Virus record (IMG/VR): IMGVR_UViG_3300009701_000004
Coordinates: 27,376-91,375 of that record
Length of the DNA: 64,000 bases
Source of the DNA: a virus
Direction: 5' to 3' (one strand)
This document shows, piece after piece, positions 10,313 through 19,054 of the stretch. The notes under the pieces are model-generated. The model was not told where the DNA came from. It ran no database searches and saw nothing but the letters and a program-made list of their open reading frames with translations. Position 1 is the stretch's first letter; every line of letters starts with the position of its first letter. Made by a program: the position numbers and the translations under genes.

Positions 10313-11557
10313 ATGGCCATGCTCAGACCTGAAAATATATTGAACCTTTATACCCCTTCACCTCCGTCTCCCCCCGATTTTTTGAGAGAGACAGGTGCAG
10401 GATTCGGAGAAGTAGATCCTAATAATCGCACATTCTCACAATATATGTATAGAGATGTTGTGAATGCACTTACTCAACCAGTTAATCCCCCTACCACACC
10501 TACTATCAATATGGAAACTCCAACAATTCCCCATCTTACAAACACCGTATTTACTTTAGCTGCAAGAGAGCAGCAGGACAGGCTAATTCGTCGCCTGAAA
10601 CAATTGTATACCGTTTATGATTCCTCAGTAATTGCTTGCAATGAATACCCGAATTCAATTAGTTTTGGGGCAAATATAGAACACCCGTCGTTAGAGGTTT
10701 TGGTAAATACAGAAGCTGTTTTTGAAAAAATTGATTTCAATAGCCTATTGGAAGGGTTGGAAAGATTGCCTTCCAATACTTCCAATTCTTATAGTTTTTT
10801 AACTACCTTCAGGAATCATACATATAGGGTTAATCTATATATGGTCAACGGTGCTACTATGATGTATACCCGTAGATTTCTTGGTTACAAACCCTCTTAT
10901 TTCGTGTATAAGAAAATTCTTAAACGAAATTACAATATGGATTTGGAATTAGGAGGTCTATATCTAAATACAACTATTGCAGGAGAAAATAGAAAAATTC
11001 TTATAGACCGTAGCCCTACTGGCCTTCAAAATCTAGTAGGTATTTATGAATCTCATAATTTAAGCTCATTGAGATTTGAAGATTTTATATCTCAACTTGG
11101 ACAATGCAGACTTGCACATAGACAAATGTTTTCGGAAGATGACATTGAGACGGCTGACCCCTTGTTGATGAATGTTTCAATATATAGGAAATTTCTGGAA
11201 ACTATTAGAAATCCCTCCATATATTTTCACAGCCTCCCATTTACGGAAATTACTCCTGGACAAGCTAAGGCGAATGCCGATAACGCCCTGGACAGGTATT
11301 ACCCTAGTATTAAGGAATATCTTAAGCAAGAGGAAGGAAGTGTTAAATTGAATAGGATGATTGAAGACAGATTTGCGGCTTTGCCAAATATTACCGATCC
11401 TGAAGGCTTAAATGCTTTTATCAGTAAACTTCGTAATATGGTGAATTCGGAATCGGAATTCCTGCAATTAGTTCTTGGAAGTAATGCAGCAAATCTGGAA
11501 AGTCTCATTGATAAATGTAACAAGAAACATGGATTTGCTGTACCCTTAGCAGCGTAA
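10313..11557 (+). CDS. Hypothetical protein, possibly a degenerate nucleotidyltransferase (PolX-like) fold
   Basis: 414 aa; the pattern SFG..LEVLV/YSF/RVNLY/GGLY/YRKFL loosely recalls phage NTase-like proteins; variant promoter TGGTAAAAG at 10267. Confidence 0.35.
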   Translation: MAMLRPENILNLYTPSPPSPPDFLRETGAGFGEVDPNNRTFSQYMYRDVVNALTQPVNPPTTPTINMETPTIPHLTNTVFTLAAREQQDRLIRRLKQLYTVYDSSVIACNEYPNSISFGANIEHPSLEVLVNTEAVFEKIDFNSLLEGLERLPSNTSNSYSFLTTFRNHTYRVNLYMVNGATMMYTRRFLGYKPSYFVYKKILKRNYNMDLELGGLYLNTTIAGENRKILIDRSPTGLQNLVGIYESHNLSSLRFEDFISQLGQCRLAHRQMFSEDDIETADPLLMNVSIYRKFLETIRNPSIYFHSLPFTEITPGQAKANADNALDRYYPSIKEYLKQEEGSVKLNRMIEDRFAALPNITDPEGLNAFISKLRNMVNSESEFLQLVLGSNAANLESLIDKCNKKHGFAVPLAA

Positions 11558-11569
11558 CGTAAAAAGTAA

Positions 11570-11630
11570 AGGGCCTCTGCCAAGGGGTCTTTTTTAGCTA
11601 AAAAAACATCCTCTTCTACTGAAGATGTTT
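11570..11630. terminator. Back-to-back intrinsic terminators at a convergent junction
   Basis: GGGCCTCT...AGGGGTCT-T6 on plus; A7 then AAACATC...GATGTTT for minus. Confidence 0.6.
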
Positions 11631-11643
11631 CCCCCTTACATTT

Positions 11644-11748
11644 CTACTTCTTTTTGTTTCTATTTCTTATATACACTACTGCTACCATAACTATTACCAA
11701 TGAATACATTATGGTTAGATGATTATCTTTCAAGAATTGGACAAACAT
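11644..11748 (-). CDS. Small membrane peptide (34 aa, MFVQFLKDNHLTIMYSLVIVMVAVVYIRNRNKKK)
   Basis: AAGGAG RBS; own TGGTATAAG promoter (11777-11785, minus) and terminator; one TM helix plus basic tail. Confidence 0.7.
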   Translation of the reverse strand: MFVQFLKDNHLTIMYSLVIVMVAVVYIRNRNKKK

Positions 11749-11776
11749 TGAATCTCCTTTTTAAGTTATATACTTA

Positions 11777-11809
11777 CTTATACCAAATCGAATGGTCGAA
11801 GTTTAAAAT
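11777..11809. promoter_or_regulatory. Overlapping divergent promoters: TTTAAA-N16-TGGTATAAG (minus) and TAAAAT-N6-ATG (plus)
   Basis: Same geometry as 9026-9058. Confidence 0.65.
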
Positions 11810-11815
11810 ATAGGT

Positions 11816-12859
11816 ATGTTTAAAGACCAAACCCCCATCCTGTTAACCCGACAAATCCATGATGCTAAACGAGCAGGGCTGCATTATGACATCCGGTTGG
11901 TTCTTGGGGATAAAGCCTATTCATGGGCGACCCGCAGAGACATGCCAAAATTAGGGGAAACTATAAATATATATGAGCAACCAGTTCACGATTCCTCATA
12001 CGCCCTACGTAAATATATCTATATACCTCCTGGCAATTACGGTGCGGGGACTACGACATTAGATTTTGTCCGCAAAGCAGTTGCTCATAATAAAGAAAAC
12101 TTCAAAGGTAAATTCACTTTAACTGTCCCTTCTATTGGAGAGAGATATTTATTCAGGAAAGTTCCCAGTTATGGAGAAAATACTTGGATACTCAAAAATT
12201 TACCGCCTAAAGTAGAGACTGAAACTACTGAGAAAATAGAAAAACTAGCCACGATTATGCCTAACAAATATTTAACAAAAATAGCTTCTGACCTTGCCAA
12301 AGCGGAGCAATACGAAAAATCCGAGAAGAAAGAAGTACGTATGTATTCCAAGGAAGAGAAGGAGGCTGATTGCCCTGATCTTAAAGAAAAGCTTAGGGAA
12401 ATTATCCCCCAAGAGAAAGAGCACGCTAAGAAGTTTGAATCAGTTGTTAAAGCTGAGGAGAAAGAGAAGCAGGCTTCGATGGCCTACGAAGACCCATCTC
12501 CTGCTGTTGCGGTTGCTCTTACCGGAGGAATTCCTATAGGGGGAGGTTTAATTTTAATACCTAAATCTAGATTTAAAAATGGAATACCTAAAGCAGCAGT
12601 AGTTTCTAAGGATTCTGTTATGATGTTAATTCCCGATGTATTAAGCCATTTCAGTAAGGAGGCCTTTACCTCTCTTACTAAAAAAGCGTCCATTAATATC
12701 AAACCTTCTCATAAAGGTCTTTTGCATAAAAAGCTAGGTCTCAAACCCAATTCCCCAATCTCTGAATCTACTTTGGAATCTGCAGGTAAAGATGCTACTG
12801 GAAAATTGAAGAAAGAGATTGTGTTTGCAGAAAATGCTAGAAAGTGGCATCATAGTTAA
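11816..12859 (+). CDS. LigD-type 3'-phosphoesterase domain fused to a K-x-A-punctuated C-terminal extension
   Basis: HDAKRAGLHYDIRL, YSWA, QPVHDSSYA, IPPGNYGAGT match the LigD PE domain; then EKLA, NKYLTKIA, EKQA, SKEA, TKKA. Confidence 0.8.
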   Translation: MFKDQTPILLTRQIHDAKRAGLHYDIRLVLGDKAYSWATRRDMPKLGETINIYEQPVHDSSYALRKYIYIPPGNYGAGTTTLDFVRKAVAHNKENFKGKFTLTVPSIGERYLFRKVPSYGENTWILKNLPPKVETETTEKIEKLATIMPNKYLTKIASDLAKAEQYEKSEKKEVRMYSKEEKEADCPDLKEKLREIIPQEKEHAKKFESVVKAEEKEKQASMAYEDPSPAVAVALTGGIPIGGGLILIPKSRFKNGIPKAAVVSKDSVMMLIPDVLSHFSKEAFTSLTKKASINIKPSHKGLLHKKLGLKPNSPISESTLESAGKDATGKLKKEIVFAENARKWHHS

Positions 12860-12862
12860 ACA

Positions 12863-13762
12863 ATGTATCCTCGCCATACCTATAAATCAAACACAGTTAC
12901 CTCCTGGACTGAACTTAAAGATCCTGTCGCAACTCCTAAGTATGATGGGGCGAACTTCCACATGGTTATTGATAGTATAGGTAAGGTTAGGCTATTCTCA
13001 CGAGCTAAAGCTGTTGACGGAACATACCCTGAGCGCACTGAACAGTTGCCGCAATTGACTTCAAAGTTATTGCCTCAATTCGCAGGCCATGTGTATAACG
13101 TAGAATTGATCCATACGGGCCACAGTTCTCATAACAAAGAATCACATGGCAAAGTCAGTGGAATACTCAATTCCTTAACACCCAGGTCTCTGGAGACTCA
13201 AAAAGCTGAGGGCCCAATACGCGCTGTACTTATCAATGTTACAAATCCTGAATTACCTACTTACAGGGATAAGCTTCTTCATTTGAAAGAAGTAGAAAAA
13301 GCTTTCGGAAACTCTTCCCTGATGTTTGTCCCCACTCCCGCCATAGATAAGCAGGGCATTGTAAACCTAATACATTCAACCAAAATCTCGGGACGAGAAG
13401 GCGTTATAGTCACAAGTTTAACAGAACCTGAATATAAGAATCCCCGTATCAAAATTGTCCACACCAATATGTACAACCTCAGAGTCGTCAGGGTGAATCA
13501 AGAAATTGATATCACAGGTAAGCCTAAAGATTCTATGGGGTCTTTAACCGTAGTCGATGCAGTCGGCAGAATAGTCGGCAATGTTGGTACCGGTTTTAGC
13601 CGTGAAGATAGAATAGATGCTTGGGAAAACAAAGGGAAATGGGTCGGCAAATTAATCCAGGTTAAAGCCAGAGGCATTGTACGGGAGGAAGGTCTGTTAA
13701 AAGCTCCAGTGTACAACGGTTTTAGCGACGGTGAAATAGACACTGTAAACTTCAACTACTAA
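12863..13762 (+). CDS. ATP-dependent DNA ligase (minimal NTase + OB domains)
   Basis: TPKYDG (motif I), FSR, ELI, REGVIV, MGSL, VGTGFS, KAPVY. Confidence 0.88.
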   Translation: MYPRHTYKSNTVTSWTELKDPVATPKYDGANFHMVIDSIGKVRLFSRAKAVDGTYPERTEQLPQLTSKLLPQFAGHVYNVELIHTGHSSHNKESHGKVSGILNSLTPRSLETQKAEGPIRAVLINVTNPELPTYRDKLLHLKEVEKAFGNSSLMFVPTPAIDKQGIVNLIHSTKISGREGVIVTSLTEPEYKNPRIKIVHTNMYNLRVVRVNQEIDITGKPKDSMGSLTVVDAVGRIVGNVGTGFSREDRIDAWENKGKWVGKLIQVKARGIVREEGLLKAPVYNGFSDGEIDTVNFNY

Positions 13763-13780
13763 TCCTCATTGTGGTATAAG
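13751..13780 (+). promoter_or_regulatory. Phage-type promoter TTCAA-N16-TGGTATAAG
   Basis: Exact motif. Confidence 0.75.
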
Positions 13781-13820
13781 TATATAGTAATACCTAACTA
13801 CTCATCCGAGGAAATTTTCA

Positions 13821-14078
13821 ATGACCTACTTGTTAATGTTTGTCTCTTTAATAAACCTAATTATACTTGTAAGATACGGGTTTACTATTTACAATATCAA
13901 AGAAGAGCATCAATATTTAAGAAAAACCTTTGCTGCAAATCTTGAACTTGAAAACAAACGTTACAATGAACTACTACAAGAGGTATGGAGGATAAAATCA
14001 AATGCTGAACAAAATAAAACAAGCAGTGGCACGTATGATATATCCCGATTCGAAAAAGGAAGAAACGAGAAAAACTGA
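13821..14078 (+). CDS. Small membrane-anchored protein
   Basis: N-terminal TM helix; GAGG RBS. Confidence 0.6.
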   Translation: MTYLLMFVSLINLIILVRYGFTIYNIKEEHQYLRKTFAANLELENKRYNELLQEVWRIKSNAEQNKTSSGTYDISRFEKGRNEKN

Positions 14079-14163
14079 GGCGTATCTTCAGGCTAAACAG
14101 CGTGCAAAAGAACGGCGGCAAAAACGGGAATCAGAAAAAAATCAAACTTTTGACTTCACGTAA
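14002..14163 (+). CDS. Small basic protein (53 aa, MLNKIKQAVARMIYPDSKKEETRK...)
   Basis: GGAGGA RBS; ends just before the terminator; below ORF-track cutoff. Confidence 0.5.
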   Translation: MLNKIKQAVARMIYPDSKKEETRKTEAYLQAKQRAKERRQKRESEKNQTFDFT

Positions 14164-14170
14164 AAGATAG

Positions 14171-14199
14171 AAAAAAGCCCGAATTAATCGGGCTTTTTT
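14171..14199. terminator. Bidirectional intrinsic terminator
   Basis: AAAAAAGCCCGAATTAATCGGGCTTTTTT between convergent genes. Confidence 0.85.
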
Positions 14200-14206
14200 A
14201 GTTTAC

Positions 14207-15754
14207 TTATCCTGTGAAATACGTGCTACCATCAGAGAAAGTTAGCAATATAGCACCGTGTATTCCCCGTTTTACTTGAGTTATGATTTTACCAGTTAAT
14301 GCCGTTGAAACTTGAGTAAGGGCAGCCATAGTATGAACATTTCTAGTAGGATTGCCTAGATACACACTATCCAAAGAATATCCGTAAGATCCCGCCAGCC
14401 CCAATAGAGCATGCTCTACATACACCCGTTTTATTTGTATTGCCTGATAATTGGGGTCGGTAGAATTGTAAAAAATACTTGATACATTTTCAAATCCCCA
14501 TTCTGAAACAACTATTGGTAATGCAGCCCCACCCGCTTGGACCATTGTTAATTTAGCTCTAACTACTTGATTCTTTACATCAGTAGTTACATTAGTCATA
14601 TACGCCGTAGAATACTGTTCTAAAGCATCATAAGGATGTATACTTACTTCATCTAACCATTGGTACCCAGTTTTATTTTGTACAGAATCAACCGCTGTTA
14701 AAAAATTAGCAAAATGATTTAAATTACTAGTCCCATAAGTCATGGGGTAAGCAGATATGAATCCACATCCTGCAATTTTTATCAAGGGGTCTACTGCTTT
14801 GGCAGCAGTATTTATAATTCTCGCTACGTCACAAAGTTGACTGGCAGTTCCTATCCAGTAATATCCGCTAACTTGGCCTATTGATGCCCCACTGGCTCCG
14901 AAAGTTGGTTCATTCCAAACTTCCAAAGTATCTATTAATCTGGTTCCTGACGGAAAATGTAGACCGGTTACAGGATTAACTAAACTACTAGCGTTTACGT
15001 TATATCTAGTCACTAAAGCTGTGATGAATCCCCAGAGCCCCACATTAGGAGTGTTCAAAGTAAGTCCCGTAGCTGTTAAAGGGGAACTACCTCCATTATA
15101 ATTATTATAGATAGAGTCTGCAACGGTAGGATATTGAGCGTAGTTTACTGGGGTGCCATAAACGGTATGGAATATTTTACGTCCCATACCCGCATGATAC
15201 AATATGCATTCATCTAACGCCGCCCAGTTATAATTACCTGAACCATCTCCAGGATCAATAGAGTACCACCTTATATGCCCGTTGCCTACCAATCCGCTAC
15301 CTCTATAATCATGGGTGCGAATAGCTTCTATCCCGGATGGTAATGCAGGTATGTTAGGCCCACCCGTTGTTACAATAGACACGGTTGGCGCTATGGACTG
15401 ATAGTCCCCCGGATTGGTAATAACTATATTTGTTATAGCTCCAGTGGTTTGGTTTATAACGGGATATCCGGTAGCTTGACGAGTTTTTGGATCTCCTCCG
15501 CTAAACACTACTGCCACCCACCATTGAGTAGTATTACCATTGGAATACCCCGCACCTTGCCTAGTAACAGTTACTGAAAGAACCCCGTTTGTCAAACTAG
15601 CAGTTGCTAAAGCTGTGGTAGTAACAGGGTACACTCCGGTCCCGATAGAGTTATTATGCATACCTATAAATTGACTCGGCACCGTTACCGGTAAAGAAAC
15701 CGTAGTATCATTGTAAAAGGTAGTAGATGTAGTAGTAGCCGTGTAAGACGTCAT
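14207..15754 (-). CDS. Clan GH-A (GH39/GH5-like) glycoside hydrolase, probably a virion-associated depolymerase
   Basis: IRTHDY, YNWAALD, TVYGTP, EVWNEP (acid/base), SIHPY, IVVSEWG (nucleophile); no signal peptide; ATGA-coupled to the upstream fibre gene. Confidence 0.75.
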   Translation of the reverse strand: MTSYTATTTSTTFYNDTTVSLPVTVPSQFIGMHNNSIGTGVYPVTTTALATASLTNGVLSVTVTRQGAGYSNGNTTQWWVAVVFSGGDPKTRQATGYPVINQTTGAITNIVITNPGDYQSIAPTVSIVTTGGPNIPALPSGIEAIRTHDYRGSGLVGNGHIRWYSIDPGDGSGNYNWAALDECILYHAGMGRKIFHTVYGTPVNYAQYPTVADSIYNNYNGGSSPLTATGLTLNTPNVGLWGFITALVTRYNVNASSLVNPVTGLHFPSGTRLIDTLEVWNEPTFGASGASIGQVSGYYWIGTASQLCDVARIINTAAKAVDPLIKIAGCGFISAYPMTYGTSNLNHFANFLTAVDSVQNKTGYQWLDEVSIHPYDALEQYSTAYMTNVTTDVKNQVVRAKLTMVQAGGAALPIVVSEWGFENVSSIFYNSTDPNYQAIQIKRVYVEHALLGLAGSYGYSLDSVYLGNPTRNVHTMAALTQVSTALTGKIITQVKRGIHGAILLTFSDGSTYFTG

Positions 15755-16998
15755 GAAGCACTCATAGTTAATCGAACATTAGCAGTCATGGACAGCCCGG
15801 CTGGAATAGCATTTCCCATAAACGTGACACTAAATTGCTCATTAGGACGAATCATAACTTCCTTAGAGTGCAAAGCTCCCCCAAAATATATAGTTTTTCC
15901 GGGATTATACACAGGGGAAGTAGTCGAAGGAACCCATAGATTACCTTGGTATATAACGTTTCTAGTCCCAGAAGTGGTAGGATTAGCAGTGTAGTATTGA
16001 GCAGTTACTGATCCAAACTGGAATCCATCTTGAGAGTCAAAATGGCTAGAACTATTCATAGCCGTGGCAGTTTCACCGGTATTTGCAGTAAATCCATGAA
16101 TTACCTGAAACGGAACATAGGCCCCGGTCGTGGCAGTAGTTGTTCCTGATAGTTCCAATGCACCTATTCTAGCGTACCCAGTTGTACGAATAACAAATAT
16201 ATCAGTAGGGGTTGCTACTGGGGAAATATTTAAAAAGGAATAATTGAAAGTATCCCTCATAGATTCTGTACTTACTGGCTGATCCACGGAGACAACGCCC
16301 GATATCTGGTTAGTCTTTATAACCCCAGTAGAATTAGCCGTACTATAGACGTTGGCTCTAACCTGGAAAGCTGTAAACCCTTGAGTGTTGAATCTGTAAA
16401 TGCCGGTTGCACCAATACCTGTTAAAGGTGGACCGTTGTTAGTTTCCGAACTTACATATGTTTGAACGCCGTATAGAGGACCAACCCATATCGGGCTAGA
16501 GGAATCTAAAGTTCCATAGCATTGTAATTGGCTTCCAGAACCAAGAGAGTCTACGCTCAAGACTACAGAACCTGCACCATTTAAATTGAGGATTTGGCTA
16601 CCTGTAGCATTATTAGATGAATATGAACTAGATAGAGTGAAAGCTTGGGTTGTATCGGTAGCTGCAGTCACTCCGGTAAGTGTCATGCTTCCTGATTGTA
16701 CTGCAACTGGTACGGTTTGGTCACTGGCTACAACTACGGGAAGAGAACTAGCTGATACTGCAGAACCTAGGGAAGAAGGTAAGACCCCACTTGCACCGCC
16801 GCCTCCACTCCCGACAGTGGGGTCGGTCCAACCGGTAACAGATATTAATCCTTCAAATTGAGATAATGCAAAATTTTGATACAGTAAATCTTGGTTATTT
16901 ATAGTTAAAGTACCGTTAGGAGCTATAGTATATTTAAAGCCAGCTCGGTTGATGATGTCTACTGGTGTTGTAGAACTTAAGTTTGTGATTAACGCCAT
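15751..16998 (-). CDS. Virion fibre/appendage protein with shared N-terminal anchor domain
   Basis: Ser/Thr/Gly beta-rich; SASSLPVVVASDQ fibre-like motif; N-terminus similar to 20310-21113 and 24260-27160. Confidence 0.55.
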   Translation of the reverse strand: MALITNLSSTTPVDIINRAGFKYTIAPNGTLTINNQDLLYQNFALSQFEGLISVTGWTDPTVGSGGGGASGVLPSSLGSAVSASSLPVVVASDQTVPVAVQSGSMTLTGVTAATDTTQAFTLSSSYSSNNATGSQILNLNGAGSVVLSVDSLGSGSQLQCYGTLDSSSPIWVGPLYGVQTYVSSETNNGPPLTGIGATGIYRFNTQGFTAFQVRANVYSTANSTGVIKTNQISGVVSVDQPVSTESMRDTFNYSFLNISPVATPTDIFVIRTTGYARIGALELSGTTTATTGAYVPFQVIHGFTANTGETATAMNSSSHFDSQDGFQFGSVTAQYYTANPTTSGTRNVIYQGNLWVPSTTSPVYNPGKTIYFGGALHSKEVMIRPNEQFSVTFMGNAIPAGLSMTANVRLTMSAS

Positions 16999-17097
16999 TT
17001 ACCAGTCCTTATTATATAGAGTTATTTTAGTATAATTAAAGAATAGGGATATTGATGGTATAATCTTTATGAGACTACAAACCTTATATTAAAAACA

Positions 17098-18630
17098 ATG
17101 AATACAGAAGAAGCAATTAAAGTATTGAAAGAAATACATAGAGACAAAAATTACTCCTGGGATAAATTTGTCTATGTCAATGCACGCACTAAAGGCATAG
17201 TAACTTGTAATGTTGAAGGACACGGGGACTTTTTAGCCCTATATGATTCCCTCAGAAAAGGTCATGGGTGTAGATTTTGTGGATATCAAACTGCCCGAGT
17301 AAGTAAATCTTATACTACAGACGAATTCGTAAAACTTGGAAGAGAACGTAATACGGATATGAGAGGAGATACTTATCTGTACGATAAGACCCTTTATGTA
17401 AATAGAGAAACCAGGGTTACTATTACCTGTAGAATTCACGGAGATTTTTCAGTTTCCCCTGCCAACCATTTGAACAATTTTACGGGGTGTAAGGAATGCG
17501 GAAAAATCAAGGCCCACTCTAAATTCTTAAAGCCTGTTGAACAATTAAAAGAAGAAATATCTAAGATACTGGATCCTGAAAAATACACTCTGGTCAACAC
17601 GGATAACTATACTAGTAATAAATCTTACGTAACTATGAATTGTAAGGAACATGGGGACTGGATTACTAAACCTAACTGGATACTAAGTAGAGGCACTGGG
17701 TGCGTTAAATGTACTAATTCAGGTATATCCAGAGGTGAAACGGAGTTACTTGAGTACATAAAATCTCTAGGGTTTACTGATATAGAACCTGGGGGCAGAA
17801 GAATAATCCCTCCTCTAGAAATGGATATGGTACTAGAGTCTAAGAAGATAGCTTTCGAATATAACGGTCTGTATTTTCATTCTGAAGCTATGGGTAAAAC
17901 CGCGGAATACCATTTCGATAAAACGGTATTAGCTAAAAGAAAAGGGTATAGATTAATACAGATATACGAAGATGAGTGGGTACATAACAAAGACTTGGTG
18001 AAGATAAAAATAGCCCACATATTGGGAGTTAATCCGGGTAAGAAGTTATATGCTAGAAAGTTATTCTTGGATAGGGTTTCTTTTAACGAGGCAAAGACAT
18101 TTTTTGAAACCAATCATATACAGGGTTCCCCTCCTAATCATAAGATATGCTATGGACTATTTGAAGACGGAGTATTAGTAGCAGCTATGTCTTTCGGTCC
18201 CCTGAGATTCAATGTAGAGAATGCTCCTGAAAATGCCTATGAATTATACCGGTATGCTACTTCTAAAGTATACTATGTAATAGGAGGATTTTCTCGGCTG
18301 CTAAAAAATTTTGTTAGGGATAATAATGACATTGGGAAGATTTACAGTTTCTCAGATAGAAGATGGTCTGTAGGAGAAGTATACAAGAATAATGGGTTCT
18401 CTTATATTGGATACACTAAGCCAAGTTATGATTACACCGATAATCAAGCTAGGCGATACAATAGGCAGAATTTTATGAAGCAACGTATGCCAGAGTTAGT
18501 TAAAAAAGGTATCTTTAAATCCTTCGACCCTGATAAAACAGAAGTGGAAAATTGCAAAGACAATAATCTATACAGGATATGGAATTGTGGTATGGACAAA
18601 TGGGAATTGGATCTGTCTCGTTCAATATAG
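17098..18630 (+). mobile_element. Free-standing Hef-like homing endonuclease
   Basis: Three CxxHG...GCxxC Zn-ribbon repeats; EMDMVLESKKIAFEYNGLYFH...IQIYEDEW nuclease core; C-terminal NHIQG/SFSDRRWS/YRIWNCG region; opposite strand to flanking late genes. Confidence 0.75.
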
Positions 18631-18650
18631 GTTTACTTTTTTGGTATAAG
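18621..18650 (+). promoter_or_regulatory. Phage-type promoter TTCAA-N16-TGGTATAAG
   Basis: Exact motif. Confidence 0.75.
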
Positions 18651-18683
18651 TATATTACAAAGAACACTTCGGGAGAAATTTGT

Positions 18684-19013
18684 ATGTATACTTTAACGAT
18701 GGTTTACTTCATTTTCACAATGACGGGTCAGATTCTTACGGTATTTGGAGGAATTTTAGATGCCCTCTTAGCTAAAACTCCAGAAATGCCTAAAATAATT
18801 GTCAACCTCCTTAGCCCTACGGGATACTTGAGAAAGGCCTTTAGGCCGGTTAACAACATGTCTGCATTGATAGGGGCAATATTGGGTCATACTGTGGCGG
18901 GGTTAGCATTGGCATACTGGTTTTCGCACTACATAGGGGCTACGTTTGCATACGTGTACTTGACCTTTATTGTATATCACATATACAAAACTGTAGTGAC
19001 TTATAAAAAGTAG
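18684..19013 (+). CDS. Small multi-pass membrane protein
   Basis: Likely start ATG 18684 after GGGAG; about three hydrophobic helices. Confidence 0.6.
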   Translation: MYTLTMVYFIFTMTGQILTVFGGILDALLAKTPEMPKIIVNLLSPTGYLRKAFRPVNNMSALIGAILGHTVAGLALAYWFSHYIGATFAYVYLTFIVYHIYKTVVTYKK

Positions 19014-19017
19014 TAAT

Positions 19018-19050
19018 AAAAAGCCCAGATTAATCTGGGCTTTTCTTTTT
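19018..19050. terminator. Bidirectional intrinsic terminator
   Basis: AAAAAGCCCAGATTAATCTGGGCTTTTCTTTTT; near-copy of 14171-14199. Confidence 0.85.
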
Positions 19051-19054
19051 AGTA

